From Candidatus Woesebacteria bacterium (GTDB lineage: Bacteria; Patescibacteriota; Microgenomatia; UBA8517): a stretch of 64,000 nucleotides of DNA. A program made the translations under genes and the position numbers. The notes beneath the pieces were generated by a model that saw only the letters and a list, made by a program, of their open reading frames with translations, did no database searches and was not told the origin of the DNA. Below, piece by piece: positions 46,723-56,460 of the stretch. Location: contig CP058602.1 of assembly GCA_013426185.1 (NCBI GenBank), forward strand, positions 399,123-463,122, read 5' to 3'. Each line of letters opens with the position of its first letter. Within the stretch, counting starts at the first letter, position 1.

Positions 46723-47757
46723 TTATTTAACCTCCACCCAAAGCCAATCGTAGCTTGAATTGACCCAATTTATAAGCTCCTTGGTTTCTCCAAATCGGTC
46801 TTGACTCCCAAGAAGAATTATAAGCAAACGATGATCATCTTTTTCATAATAAGTAATCAGGTTTTCCCTTGCATTTTCTGTCCACCCTGTTTTAAGACCC
46901 AAAACCCCATCCACTTCTCCCAACAATTTATTAGTGCTTACAAGGTGCTGTCTTATTTTTCCGTCAGCGCTTTCAATATTTATTTCTTTTTTTCTAACTA
47001 TTGCTTTGATTTCAGGATTCTCAAGCGCTGCTTTTGCAATTAGAACTAAATCACGCGCTGTTGTTTTATGATTTCCACCGTCAAAACCTGTTGGGTTCTC
47101 AAAATGGGTATTAACAGCCCCCAAATCGCTAGCTTTTTTGTTCATAGCCAGAACAAACCCCTCAACTCCGCCGGGATAATTTTCAGCCAAAAGATAGGCT
47201 GCATCATTCGCAGAATAAACCAAAAGAGCATTTACCAAATCTATCACCTTAACACTTTCACCTCTAACAAGACCCATCTTTTGACCATCAATAAACTGAC
47301 CATTAAAAGTAAAAACAGCATTCAGGTCAAAAGACTCAAGCGCAACCAAAGCTGTTACAAGCTTTGTAATTGAAGCTGGAAGCAAAGATAAATCAGGATT
47401 CTTTTCATAAAGAGAAGTGTTACTATCAAGATCAAGAACAATAACTGATTGGGCTGAAAGAACAGGAAAAGAAAAAACTCCTTCCTTAAGAACAGGTTTT
47501 AAGACGAAAACCTTATCCTCAAGAGGAACCTTTTTGTAATCCATTTGATAAGACAAAACTGAACTAGTTTTCTTTACCTCTTGTTTTTGGTGAGATATAA
47601 AAATAAAAAAGAAGATAATTACAAAAGCCGACGACAAATAAATTATGAGATGATCTTTGGCTAGCAGCTTTCCTGCCTTACCCTTTTTTAGCCTAAAAAA
47701 AAGAAAGGAAAAGATTTTGTTCTTCAATTTCAGATTTCTTTTCTTCTTTGCTTTCAT
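46723..47757 (-). CDS. D-alanyl-D-alanine carboxypeptidase (S11, PBP5-like)
   Basis: 344 aa; SITK (SxxK), YSAND (SxN), LKTGWT (KTG). Confidence 0.8.
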   Translation of the reverse strand: MKAKKKRNLKLKNKIFSFLFFRLKKGKAGKLLAKDHLIIYLSSAFVIIFFFIFISHQKQEVKKTSSVLSYQMDYKKVPLEDKVFVLKPVLKEGVFSFPVLSAQSVIVLDLDSNTSLYEKNPDLSLLPASITKLVTALVALESFDLNAVFTFNGQFIDGQKMGLVRGESVKVIDLVNALLVYSANDAAYLLAENYPGGVEGFVLAMNKKASDLGAVNTHFENPTGFDGGNHKTTARDLVLIAKAALENPEIKAIVRKKEINIESADGKIRQHLVSTNKLLGEVDGVLGLKTGWTENARENLITYYEKDDHRLLIILLGSQDRFGETKELINWVNSSYDWLWVEVK

Positions 47758-47759
47758 AA

Positions 47760-49178
47760 CTACTTCTTGGCAACTTTTATCCCCAACTCTTGAAGTTGTT
47801 CGTCTGTGGCTTCACTTGGAGCATCAAGAACAGAGGTGGTACCGTTTGAAGACATTGGGAAAGCAATCACCTCCCGCAAGCTGGGCTGGCCTAAGATAAC
47901 CATCAGGAGGCGATCAATTCCGGGCGCGATCCCTCCATGAGGTGGAACACCATATTTGAAAGCAGTTAACATATGGTCAAACTGATGCTTTTGTTCCTCG
48001 GTAAAACCAATTAAATCGAAAACTTTATCTTGAATTTCGGGTTGATGAATTCTAATGCTGCCTCCACCCACTTCAAAACCATTCAAAACCAGATCATGCT
48101 GCAAACCCCGCACCCGACCTGGGTCTTTATCCAAAAGTGGAATATCATCAGGATGAGGAGCAGTAAACATATGATGTGAAGGCGCCCACTTAGACTTGCC
48201 CGAACCATAGAAAAAATCTTCTTTTGTCTGCTCACTAAACAGTGGAAAATCAATCACCCAAGCAAAAGCCAATTCGTCAGGATTATTTTTGTCTTTTCTC
48301 AAGTCAGGCTTGTCACTACCGTACTTTTCCATTGCCTCATGATGAGAAATTCTAGGCCAAGGCTCCTTAGTAAACTTCTTATTTGGAAAAAGCTTTTTAA
48401 TCATCTTGGTAAACATCTCCTCAACCAAAGCCAAAATATCATCTTGGGTCACAAAGCTCATTTCAATATCAAGTTGTGTAAACTCACCATAGGCTCTGTC
48501 TGCTCTTGGATCTTCATCACGAAAGCATCTTGCAATTTGGAAATATCTTTCAAATCCGGCAACCATTAAAAGCTGCTTATATTGCTGAGGAGATTGAGGT
48601 AAAGCATAAAACTTCCCAGGTTGAAGTCGAGAGGGAACTATAAAATCACGAGCGCCCTCAGGAGTAGTTTTTGTCAAAATTGGGGTCTCGATCTCCACAA
48701 AATCACGTTCAAAGAGCCAGTTTCTTAAAAATTGAAGAACTTTAAAACGATTCCTGATATTTTTGGTCATACGAGGCCTTCTTAAATCAAGATAACGATA
48801 CTTAAGACGAACCGCTTCTTCTATTTCAAGACCATCTGTATCAAGAGGAAGAGGCAATTCCGAAGCCAAACTTATAACTTCAAGGTGTTTTACTTCTATT
48901 TCAACTTTCCCTGTTTCAAGATTGGGGTTAACTAATTTTTCTGGTCTTTCACGAACAACTCCAACAACTTCAACTACTGATTCGACAGTCAATTTTGGCA
49001 AAGAGCTAAAAACACACTGGACTATCGCGCTTCTATCTCTTAAGTCGATAAAAGCTATTTTTCCATGATCACGAATAGAATTGACCCAACCCAAAAGTCT
49101 GACCTTCTTGCCAACCAATTTCGTTGTTTCAATCGCTAAAGTTCTTTTTCCCATTACTTCAAGATATTTTAATCTCAA
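47760..49178 (-). CDS. aspS: aspartate--tRNA ligase, archaeal/short type (likely non-discriminating)
   Basis: 472 aa class IIb; OB fold, QSPQQYKQLLM, FRDE, GGGSIRIH. Confidence 0.8.
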   Translation of the reverse strand: MRLKYLEVMGKRTLAIETTKLVGKKVRLLGWVNSIRDHGKIAFIDLRDRSAIVQCVFSSLPKLTVESVVEVVGVVRERPEKLVNPNLETGKVEIEVKHLEVISLASELPLPLDTDGLEIEEAVRLKYRYLDLRRPRMTKNIRNRFKVLQFLRNWLFERDFVEIETPILTKTTPEGARDFIVPSRLQPGKFYALPQSPQQYKQLLMVAGFERYFQIARCFRDEDPRADRAYGEFTQLDIEMSFVTQDDILALVEEMFTKMIKKLFPNKKFTKEPWPRISHHEAMEKYGSDKPDLRKDKNNPDELAFAWVIDFPLFSEQTKEDFFYGSGKSKWAPSHHMFTAPHPDDIPLLDKDPGRVRGLQHDLVLNGFEVGGGSIRIHQPEIQDKVFDLIGFTEEQKHQFDHMLTAFKYGVPPHGGIAPGIDRLLMVILGQPSLREVIAFPMSSNGTTSVLDAPSEATDEQLQELGIKVAKK

Positions 49179-49179
49179 A

Positions 49180-49500
49180 AAGGAAGACTTACAAGAAGAA
49201 CTTATAACTCAAAACTTAAAACTTAAAAGTTAACAATTAGATTATAGATTTTGGATTATTGTAGATTATAGAATAAAATTACAAATCACAAATTACAATA
49301 TACAAACAAATTACAATATACAAATTCCAAATTTTAATCTCTAATTTCTAAATTCTAAACAATTCTACAATTATCCAATTTTCCAAATTACAAACAAATC
49401 AGGAATACTGAATATAGTATTATGAATTATGTATTATGGGGGTAATGCATTTCTCTGCATAATACATAATACAAGATACTAAATACCAGCTTTCGACTAG
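49180..49500. repeat. AT-rich low-complexity spacer with motifs complementary to those at 23565-24180
   Basis: caaattaca, aaattcta and aaaactta runs, the reverse complements of the taatttg/tagaattt units in the 23.6-24.2 kb spacer. Confidence 0.65.
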
Positions 49501-49510
49501 CTTCGACTAA

Positions 49511-50992
49511 CTATTGTCTCAACGCTTTCTTTATTTCCCTTTTTGCCGCACTCGTCGCCACAAAATCAAGCCAATCACGACGCGGCTTTTGAGGATTTTT
49601 ACTTTTGATTATTTCAACAACATCCCCGCTTTTTAGTTTATAATCAAGTGGGACTATCCTGCCATTTACTTTTGCTCCTTTAATATAATTACCTAGATGT
49701 GTGTGCACAGCATAAGCAAAATCAACAGGTGTGGCATCAGCAGGTAAATCATAAACATCTCCAGCCGGCGAAAAAACAAAATTTCTATGCATTAGAACAT
49801 CAAACTTAACTGCCTCAAGATATTCTTTAGAATCGCTTAGCTCTTCCTGCCAACGGACCAACTGATTTACCCACCCCATTTTCTCTTTTGGAGCTTTCAC
49901 ACCTATCTCCTCGAGATAGGCCCCACTCTTGCCCTTTGCTTTCTCCTCGCTATAAGCCCAATGAGCTGCAAGACCATATTCTGCTTCCTGATGCATCTTT
50001 TGTGTTCTTATCTGAATCTCAACAATTTTACCCTTAGGCCCAAAAACTTTTGTATGGATAGAGCGATAACCATTAGGCTTTGGCTGAGCAATAAAATCCG
50101 AAATCCCCAAGTAAGGCACGGGTTTATAGAAATTATGAATTATACCCAAGCTTGAATAACAAGCAGGAATGTTATTATCTTCAACAATAACTCTTAAGGC
50201 TACGATATCATAAATCTTTCCAAAATCACCGGCAATTTCAGGCCTCTTCAACTTCGTCCACAAAGAATAAAGATGCTTCTTCCTTGACTGCATAACTACT
50301 CGTATTTTTTCCTCTGCCAAATAACGCAAGATCTTCTGCCTCATAGTTTTTATAATATTTTCAGCCTCTTTATAGTAAGGTTTGGAAATCTTCACAAGGT
50401 TTTGATATTCATCAGGGTAAAGATAAAAAAAAGACAAGTCTTCAAGTACACCCTTAACCTCTCCCATACCCAATCTCTCAGCCAAGGGAGCATAAATTTC
50501 AAGCGTCTCCCGAGCAATCTTTTTCTGCCTATCGGAAGGCAAAGCCCAAAGAGTTCTCATATTGTGGAGTCTATCGGCTAATTTAACAAAAACTACTCTC
50601 AAATCTCGGGCCATAGCCAAAAACATTTTTCTTAAATTCTCAACAAACTGATCCTCTTTGGATCCTCTCAATTTAATGGAAGAAACCTTACTGACACCTT
50701 GAACAAGATAGGCTATATCAGAACCAAACTTGGTCTCTAATTTTTCTTTCTTAACACCAGCATCTTCTATAGTGTCATGAAGAAGACCTGCAATAACAGT
50801 AGCCAAGTCTAACTTCCAATCAGCTAAAATTAGAGCAGTCTCCAAAGAATGAGAGACATAAGGATCACCAGAGAATCTTAACTGACCTTGATGCGCTTCT
50901 TGGGCAAATTGCCATGCCTCATCAAGAAGTTTCTCTTCCTTTCTGCTATTTAAGTCTAACTTTCTCTTTAACTCAAGAAATTTCTCCTCCAT
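49511..50992 (-). CDS. RelA/SpoT-family (p)ppGpp synthetase/hydrolase, compact form
   Basis: 493 aa; HD hydrolase (HSLETALIL...HD), synthetase domain, TGS domain. No ACT or C-terminal domains. Confidence 0.85.
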   Translation of the reverse strand: MEEKFLELKRKLDLNSRKEEKLLDEAWQFAQEAHQGQLRFSGDPYVSHSLETALILADWKLDLATVIAGLLHDTIEDAGVKKEKLETKFGSDIAYLVQGVSKVSSIKLRGSKEDQFVENLRKMFLAMARDLRVVFVKLADRLHNMRTLWALPSDRQKKIARETLEIYAPLAERLGMGEVKGVLEDLSFFYLYPDEYQNLVKISKPYYKEAENIIKTMRQKILRYLAEEKIRVVMQSRKKHLYSLWTKLKRPEIAGDFGKIYDIVALRVIVEDNNIPACYSSLGIIHNFYKPVPYLGISDFIAQPKPNGYRSIHTKVFGPKGKIVEIQIRTQKMHQEAEYGLAAHWAYSEEKAKGKSGAYLEEIGVKAPKEKMGWVNQLVRWQEELSDSKEYLEAVKFDVLMHRNFVFSPAGDVYDLPADATPVDFAYAVHTHLGNYIKGAKVNGRIVPLDYKLKSGDVVEIIKSKNPQKPRRDWLDFVATSAAKREIKKALRQ

Positions 50993-52681
50993 CTAACTAA
51001 TTTTAAAATCTTTTAACCTAAGTTCTATTTTTTCAATACCATTCCAATTATTTTTATCAATACCAAACACGATGTCTAAAAAAGTATCTCTTTTTATTCG
51101 AGACAGAGAATTTCCAAAACCAAAAGCAACCGCTTCAAATATTCTTTGAGAATGATTTAAAACTAGACGCAAATGTTTACCATCTTTCCCCATATTTTTC
51201 GCATCTAGCACTCTCACTTTGCGAGAAAGAAAAATTGGAGAAGGATTATCTATACCCAGAGGCTCAAAAAGAGAGAGAGCTAAAAGCAATTTATCATCTA
51301 TAAAATCAAAGTCCACCTCAAGATCAACATAAAGCTTGGGTTGTAAGAGACTATCTTTTATCTTTTTGTTGGCATATCTAATAAATTTCTCTTTGAAACT
51401 ATCAATCTTGTCTGTTTTTATAGAAAAGCCTGCTGCCATCGAATGACCACCCAATGATTCGAACATGCTCTCAAATTCTCTTAGTCCTTTTGTGATATCA
51501 AACCCAGCTACAGAACGAACAGAAGCTTTGGAAAACCCTTTTTTCTCTGAAATAACAACAGCTGGTCGATAAAATTCTTCAACTAACTTGCCTGCCACCA
51601 AACCTATAATTCCCTCATTGTAATCTCGCCCTTTAACTACCAAGACCTTGTTCCCAAGCTCTCTCGTGGCTTTGATACGCACTTCTTCCACAAGCTTGTC
51701 TACCATATTTTGCCTTTCTTGATTAACCCGACTTAAATGCAAAGCCAGATCCCGTGCTTTTTCCTGATTTTTGGTACATAAAAGATGCAAAGATTCAAGA
51801 GCATGAGAAATTCTGCCCATAGCATTAATCCGCGGCGCGATAACATAATTCATCTCATAAGTCCCTATCTCACCTTTTTTGATACCAGCCTCTTTAAAAA
51901 GCTCTATAAGACCTTTTCTTTTGGTGTTATTTATAGCCTCAATTCCATATTTAGCAAAACTACGATTAACCCCAACAAGTGGCATCTGATCAGCTATTGT
52001 GCCTATTGCCAGAAGATCTAGGCCATCATTGTCATAGAATGAATTCTTAACTTCCATCTTCTTCTTTAAGAAAGAAGACAAGAACCAGGAAACTCCCGCC
52101 CCTGAGATTTTTTCAGTGTGAATGACAACATCAGCAGCGGGAATTTTGGGACCTTTTTTATGGTGATCACTAACAACAACCTCAAGTCCCATTTCCTTAA
52201 TCCTTTTCACCTCATCAAAGGCAACTATGCCATTATCAACAGTAATCACCATTCCTAAATCAGGATACTTTTTTTTCAAGCGAGCCACACTCTCAGCTCT
52301 TACACCATAACCTTCCTTGGCGCGGTCAGGCAAATACGGCAAAACTTTAAACCCTCGAGAATACAAGGCTTCCCATAAAATAGCGCTTCCTGTTATTCCA
52401 TCAGCATCATAGTCTCCATAAATAATAATTGATTGACCTTTTTTGCCAACTTCTTTTATCTTGGCGACTGCTTCTTCCAATTTTTCTTCGTCAAGGCCAA
52501 CATCTGAAGCTTTCAATTTAAAAGGATGAGGTGGATTAAGAAAGAATTCTCTCTCTTTTTTATCTTTAATACCCCTATTTTCCAAAAGAATGGTCGTCAA
52601 GCGATTAATATCAAGCTTTGATTTTGAATCTAACGAGCTCTTTATTTCCCAAATTTTGCCAGAAACACCAATAATCGCCAT
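50993..52681 (-). CDS. recJ: single-stranded-DNA-specific exonuclease RecJ
   Basis: 562 aa; DHH motifs (IYGDYDADGITG, VVSDHH) and DHHA1. Confidence 0.9.
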   Translation of the reverse strand: MAIIGVSGKIWEIKSSLDSKSKLDINRLTTILLENRGIKDKKEREFFLNPPHPFKLKASDVGLDEEKLEEAVAKIKEVGKKGQSIIIYGDYDADGITGSAILWEALYSRGFKVLPYLPDRAKEGYGVRAESVARLKKKYPDLGMVITVDNGIVAFDEVKRIKEMGLEVVVSDHHKKGPKIPAADVVIHTEKISGAGVSWFLSSFLKKKMEVKNSFYDNDGLDLLAIGTIADQMPLVGVNRSFAKYGIEAINNTKRKGLIELFKEAGIKKGEIGTYEMNYVIAPRINAMGRISHALESLHLLCTKNQEKARDLALHLSRVNQERQNMVDKLVEEVRIKATRELGNKVLVVKGRDYNEGIIGLVAGKLVEEFYRPAVVISEKKGFSKASVRSVAGFDITKGLREFESMFESLGGHSMAAGFSIKTDKIDSFKEKFIRYANKKIKDSLLQPKLYVDLEVDFDFIDDKLLLALSLFEPLGIDNPSPIFLSRKVRVLDAKNMGKDGKHLRLVLNHSQRIFEAVAFGFGNSLSRIKRDTFLDIVFGIDKNNWNGIEKIELRLKDFKIS

Positions 52682-52683
52682 AA

Positions 52684-54084
52684 TTGAAGTATAATAATAC
52701 CAGAATGGAAATTAAACTACCAGAAAAAGTCATAGAAATCATAAAGATATTAAAAGACAACAAATTTGAAGCCTATATTGTCGGCGGCGCGGTAAGAGAT
52801 ATCCTGATGGGTAAAGACGTCTATGATTGGGATTTTACAACAAACGCCACACCAGAAGAGATGCTTAAAATTTTTTCCAATAGTTATTACGACAACGAAT
52901 TTGGAACAGTAGGTATTCCCAACGAAAAAGAAGGAGAAAGACCTTATGAAATTACAACCTTCAGGACTGAAAGAAAATATGATGATAAAAGGCATCCGTC
53001 GGAAGTTAAATGGGGCAAGACTCTTGAAGAGGACTTAAAAAGACGAGATTTTACTATCAACGCTATGGCTTTTGATATTTTGAAAGATAAGCCTAAAGTT
53101 GAAGTTAGGTTAATCGATTATTTTGACGGGCAAAAAGATATGGAAAAGAAATTAATCAGAGCGGTTGGTGAACCACAAGAAAGATTTTCAGAAGACGCCT
53201 TAAGAATGATGCGGGCAGTAAGAATAGCAGCTGAGCTTAATTTTAAAATCGAAGAAAAGACTCTTGAAGCAATAAAAAATAATGCGAGTTTAATCAAAAA
53301 AATTGCCTACGAAAGGGTAAGAGACGAGTTACTTAAATTACTTGCTTCCAATCATCCTTATGAAGGCGTGTTGGTATTGAGAGAGTCTGGTTTGATGGAA
53401 ATAATTTTACCTGAACTTGAAAAAACATTTGGGGTTGACCAAGTTTCCCCAAACAGGCACCACATCTATGATGTTGGAACACACAGTCTTCTCACCTTGA
53501 AATATACCGCTTTAAAAAACAATGACCCCATAACAAGGCTTGCAAGTCTAATTCATGATGTTGGCAAATATCAAACTTATAAAAAACAAGATAATGGAGT
53601 TATTACTTTCTACAATCACGAAATAGTAGGTGCAAAAATTGCAAACCGTATTGCAGACCGCTTAAAATTTTCCAAAAAACAGAAAGACAAACTTTGGCGT
53701 CTTGTCCGTTATCATCAATTCACAGTAGATGAAAAGCAAACTGATTCTGCCATAAGAAGATTTATTAGAGAAGTTGGAATTGAAAATGTAAAAGACGCAA
53801 TTGATATAAGAGTTGGAGACAGACTCGGAAGTGGAGCTAGAGAAACTAGCTGGAGGCTAGAAGCGTTTAAAAGAAGGCTAGTTGAAGTCCAAAAAGAGCC
53901 ATTTAGTATCCACGACCTTAAAATAGACGGAAATCAAGTTATGGAGATTTTGAAAATTAAACCTGGTCCAAAAGTAGGGCAAGTGCTCCAAATTCTTTTT
54001 GAGAAAGTGGTCAACAAAGAATTGCCCAACGAAGAAGAAGCTCTAAAAGAAGAAGTCGCAAATATCGGAAAAGGCTTATCTTAA
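52684..54084 (+). CDS. cca: CCA-adding tRNA nucleotidyltransferase with HD domain
   Basis: 466 aa; GGAVRD..., DF...N head domain, HD domain (HD...GK). Confidence 0.85.
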   Translation: MKYNNTRMEIKLPEKVIEIIKILKDNKFEAYIVGGAVRDILMGKDVYDWDFTTNATPEEMLKIFSNSYYDNEFGTVGIPNEKEGERPYEITTFRTERKYDDKRHPSEVKWGKTLEEDLKRRDFTINAMAFDILKDKPKVEVRLIDYFDGQKDMEKKLIRAVGEPQERFSEDALRMMRAVRIAAELNFKIEEKTLEAIKNNASLIKKIAYERVRDELLKLLASNHPYEGVLVLRESGLMEIILPELEKTFGVDQVSPNRHHIYDVGTHSLLTLKYTALKNNDPITRLASLIHDVGKYQTYKKQDNGVITFYNHEIVGAKIANRIADRLKFSKKQKDKLWRLVRYHQFTVDEKQTDSAIRRFIREVGIENVKDAIDIRVGDRLGSGARETSWRLEAFKRRLVEVQKEPFSIHDLKIDGNQVMEILKIKPGPKVGQVLQILFEKVVNKELPNEEEALKEEVANIGKGLS

Positions 54085-54179
54085 GAGCTAAGTGATTTCA
54101 AAATAAAAAACTTAAACCTATAATCTATCGGATATTCACCCCTCTGGATGAGAAGATTAATCCTAATACTTTATCAAAA

Positions 54180-55025
54180 TCACCCAGGCTTACACCCCCT
54201 AGCAAAATAATAACCGAGTAGTCCTCTTTCTATGGCCTGATGAGAAGCTATAGGAGCTCTTCTGCTTCTCCTCAAAATTTCGGAGCCAGGATCTCCTTCG
54301 GTTATCCTTAAACTAGCATGTTCGCTCATTCTCCTGACAGATCCAATTATACTAGGTGTATGATCTACTAAAACTATATCCGTAAAACCGATTGCCTCCC
54401 AAACATTCTCTAATTCCCTCGCTTTCAAGACACTAGGAATGCACCAACCATCTTTAATCTGCTCCAAAAGCGCACCCTCAACTTCATCCAAAGGATCCCT
54501 TAGTAAAAACATATCGCTCAGGACAACCCTACCGCCCGGCTTAAGAACACGGAAGGTCTCTTGCATAAGCAACACCTTATCATAAGAGTGAACATAACTC
54601 TCGCAAAAAATAACCGCATCGAATACCTCGGTAGGAAAAGATAGATAATGATAGTCTTGACAACTAAATAGTATCTGACCTTCTGGAGCTTGATGCCGAT
54701 AATTCTCAGCGGAAATTAACTGGTTATAGGCAATGTTAACTCCCACAACCTTTACACTTGGATGCTTGCCAACAAGTTCAAATGTCAGCGCTCCCGACCC
54801 GCAACCAGCATCCAACACTAATGAACGAGGTGGTAGTTGTGCAAAATTGATAAGCTGTCTTGTAAGCTCTTTAACCTCTTCGTAATGAGATAGGTTCCTC
54901 CCTTCAACAGCAAAACCAGCATGAAGAGCATAAACTCCTTCTCTCTCCTCGTCTCTTCCCCAGTTGTTATAGGCTTGTTCTGCTGCAAGATAATAACCTT
55001 TAATCTTTTCAATTATCTCTTTCAT
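54180..55025 (-). CDS. class I SAM-dependent methyltransferase
   Basis: 281 aa; VLDAGCGSGALT motif I. Confidence 0.7.
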   Translation of the reverse strand: MKEIIEKIKGYYLAAEQAYNNWGRDEEREGVYALHAGFAVEGRNLSHYEEVKELTRQLINFAQLPPRSLVLDAGCGSGALTFELVGKHPSVKVVGVNIAYNQLISAENYRHQAPEGQILFSCQDYHYLSFPTEVFDAVIFCESYVHSYDKVLLMQETFRVLKPGGRVVLSDMFLLRDPLDEVEGALLEQIKDGWCIPSVLKARELENVWEAIGFTDIVLVDHTPSIIGSVRRMSEHASLRITEGDPGSEILRRSRRAPIASHQAIERGLLGYYFARGCKPG

Positions 55026-55504
55026 ATTCTTTTCAAAAAATATTTAACTACTCTTCTGAAAGTTATTTTTAACTCACGATAAGTTAGTAAAGAAAGAATT
55101 TTGTCCGAACTGTACCAATGTGCCCAAATAACATCCTTATCTATAGGAGTGAAAATCAAATTACCTCTTCTGAGAAAGACAACAAAAACTTGTTGCCAGC
55201 TCTCTATTTTGAGTGGCAAATTTTTATATTTAAATTTATGTATTAATGGTATTGAAATTAATTCTGATTTTTTGATTTCAAGGCCGGTTTCCTCCAATAA
55301 TTCTCTAATCGCCGCTTCGCGAAAATCCTCAAAAGGATTTAAACTCCCACTTGGAAAGGTTACCGCATTACTGGGCATAGATTTAATAACCAGAAATATC
55401 CTTCTTTTATTCCTGTTTCTACAAACAATTACAAGCACTCCAGGTAACGCTTTACTTTTTATTAGAAACTTTATGTTGTTGATGAATTTGAGAAATCTAT
55501 CCAT
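55022..55504 (-). CDS. NUDIX hydrolase
   Basis: 160 aa; Nudix box FPSGSLNPFEDFREAAIRELLEETGL. Confidence 0.6.
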   Translation of the reverse strand: MDRFLKFINNIKFLIKSKALPGVLVIVCRNRNKRRIFLVIKSMPSNAVTFPSGSLNPFEDFREAAIRELLEETGLEIKKSELISIPLIHKFKYKNLPLKIESWQQVFVVFLRRGNLIFTPIDKDVIWAHWYSSDKILSLLTYRELKITFRRVVKYFLKRI

Positions 55505-55563
55505 TCTATCTCCCTCTAACTAAAATAATTATTTAATTTCTGATTGACAATTTTTTGCAGATT

Positions 55564-56460
55564 CTACTTTGAAAGTCTTCTCAGGCGCAGTTTTTCTTCA
55601 ACACTATTCCAAACCACAAGAAGGGGAACTGCAACAAATGGCGAGGAATAAGTACCAGAGATTGTACCAACCAAAAGAGCCGCAGCAAACCATTTAACTG
55701 TTGAGCCACCAAGAAGTATCATCGCAAGAAGCATAAAAATTATGGTAAAAGAATTATTTAAAGATCTGACCATAGTCTCGCTTAAAGCACGATTGGCAAG
55801 AGAAGTAATCTCTCCTCCTTCCTTTTTCTGTAATTCTCTTATCCTGTCATAAACAACAATCGTATCGTGAACCGAAAAAGAAAGAGTGGTCAAAAGTGCA
55901 GTAACAAAAAGAAAATCTACTTCAGCAGAGAAAAAGCGACCAAACCAAGCAAAAGACCCAATCAAAATAAAGGTATCATGAAACATTGCCAAAATAGCAG
56001 AAACCCCAAACTTAAAGCTACTAAACTGACGCGCCACCATCAAAAGAATAAAAAATGAGCTGATTAAAACCGCATAGACTGTCTTTTTGACAAGCTCAGG
56101 ACCAACCGATGGTCCTACGCTTTCAAATCTCAATTCTTCAACCTTACCATTAGTAGTATCCTTTAAAATCTTGTTTAGTTTTTCCTTCTGACTTTCATCA
56201 ATATTTGAGAGACGAAACAAATAGACATCATCACTACCCACTTGAGAAATCGAAGAAACATTTACTCCCAATTCTTTTTCTATTTGAGATGTTATAGCTT
56301 CAGTCGGCGCATTCTTAATAAGTTTATATTCGGCCATTACTCCACCTGTAAAATCAACACCAAGCTTAAGTCCCCATCTCAAAAGTCCAAAAATAGAAAG
56401 AAAAAGCGCTAAAAGCGAGATACTAAAATAAATATATTTATATTTTAACCAGTTAATCAT
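55564..56460 (-). CDS. secF: protein translocase subunit SecF
   Basis: Start MINWLKYKY lies 2 nt after the secD stop. 6 TM helices. The listed ORF is N-terminally over-extended. Confidence 0.85.
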   Translation of the reverse strand: MINWLKYKYIYFSISLLALFLSIFGLLRWGLKLGVDFTGGVMAEYKLIKNAPTEAITSQIEKELGVNVSSISQVGSDDVYLFRLSNIDESQKEKLNKILKDTTNGKVEELRFESVGPSVGPELVKKTVYAVLISSFFILLMVARQFSSFKFGVSAILAMFHDTFILIGSFAWFGRFFSAEVDFLFVTALLTTLSFSVHDTIVVYDRIRELQKKEGGEITSLANRALSETMVRSLNNSFTIIFMLLAMILLGGSTVKWFAAALLVGTISGTYSSPFVAVPLLVVWNSVEEKLRLRRLSK

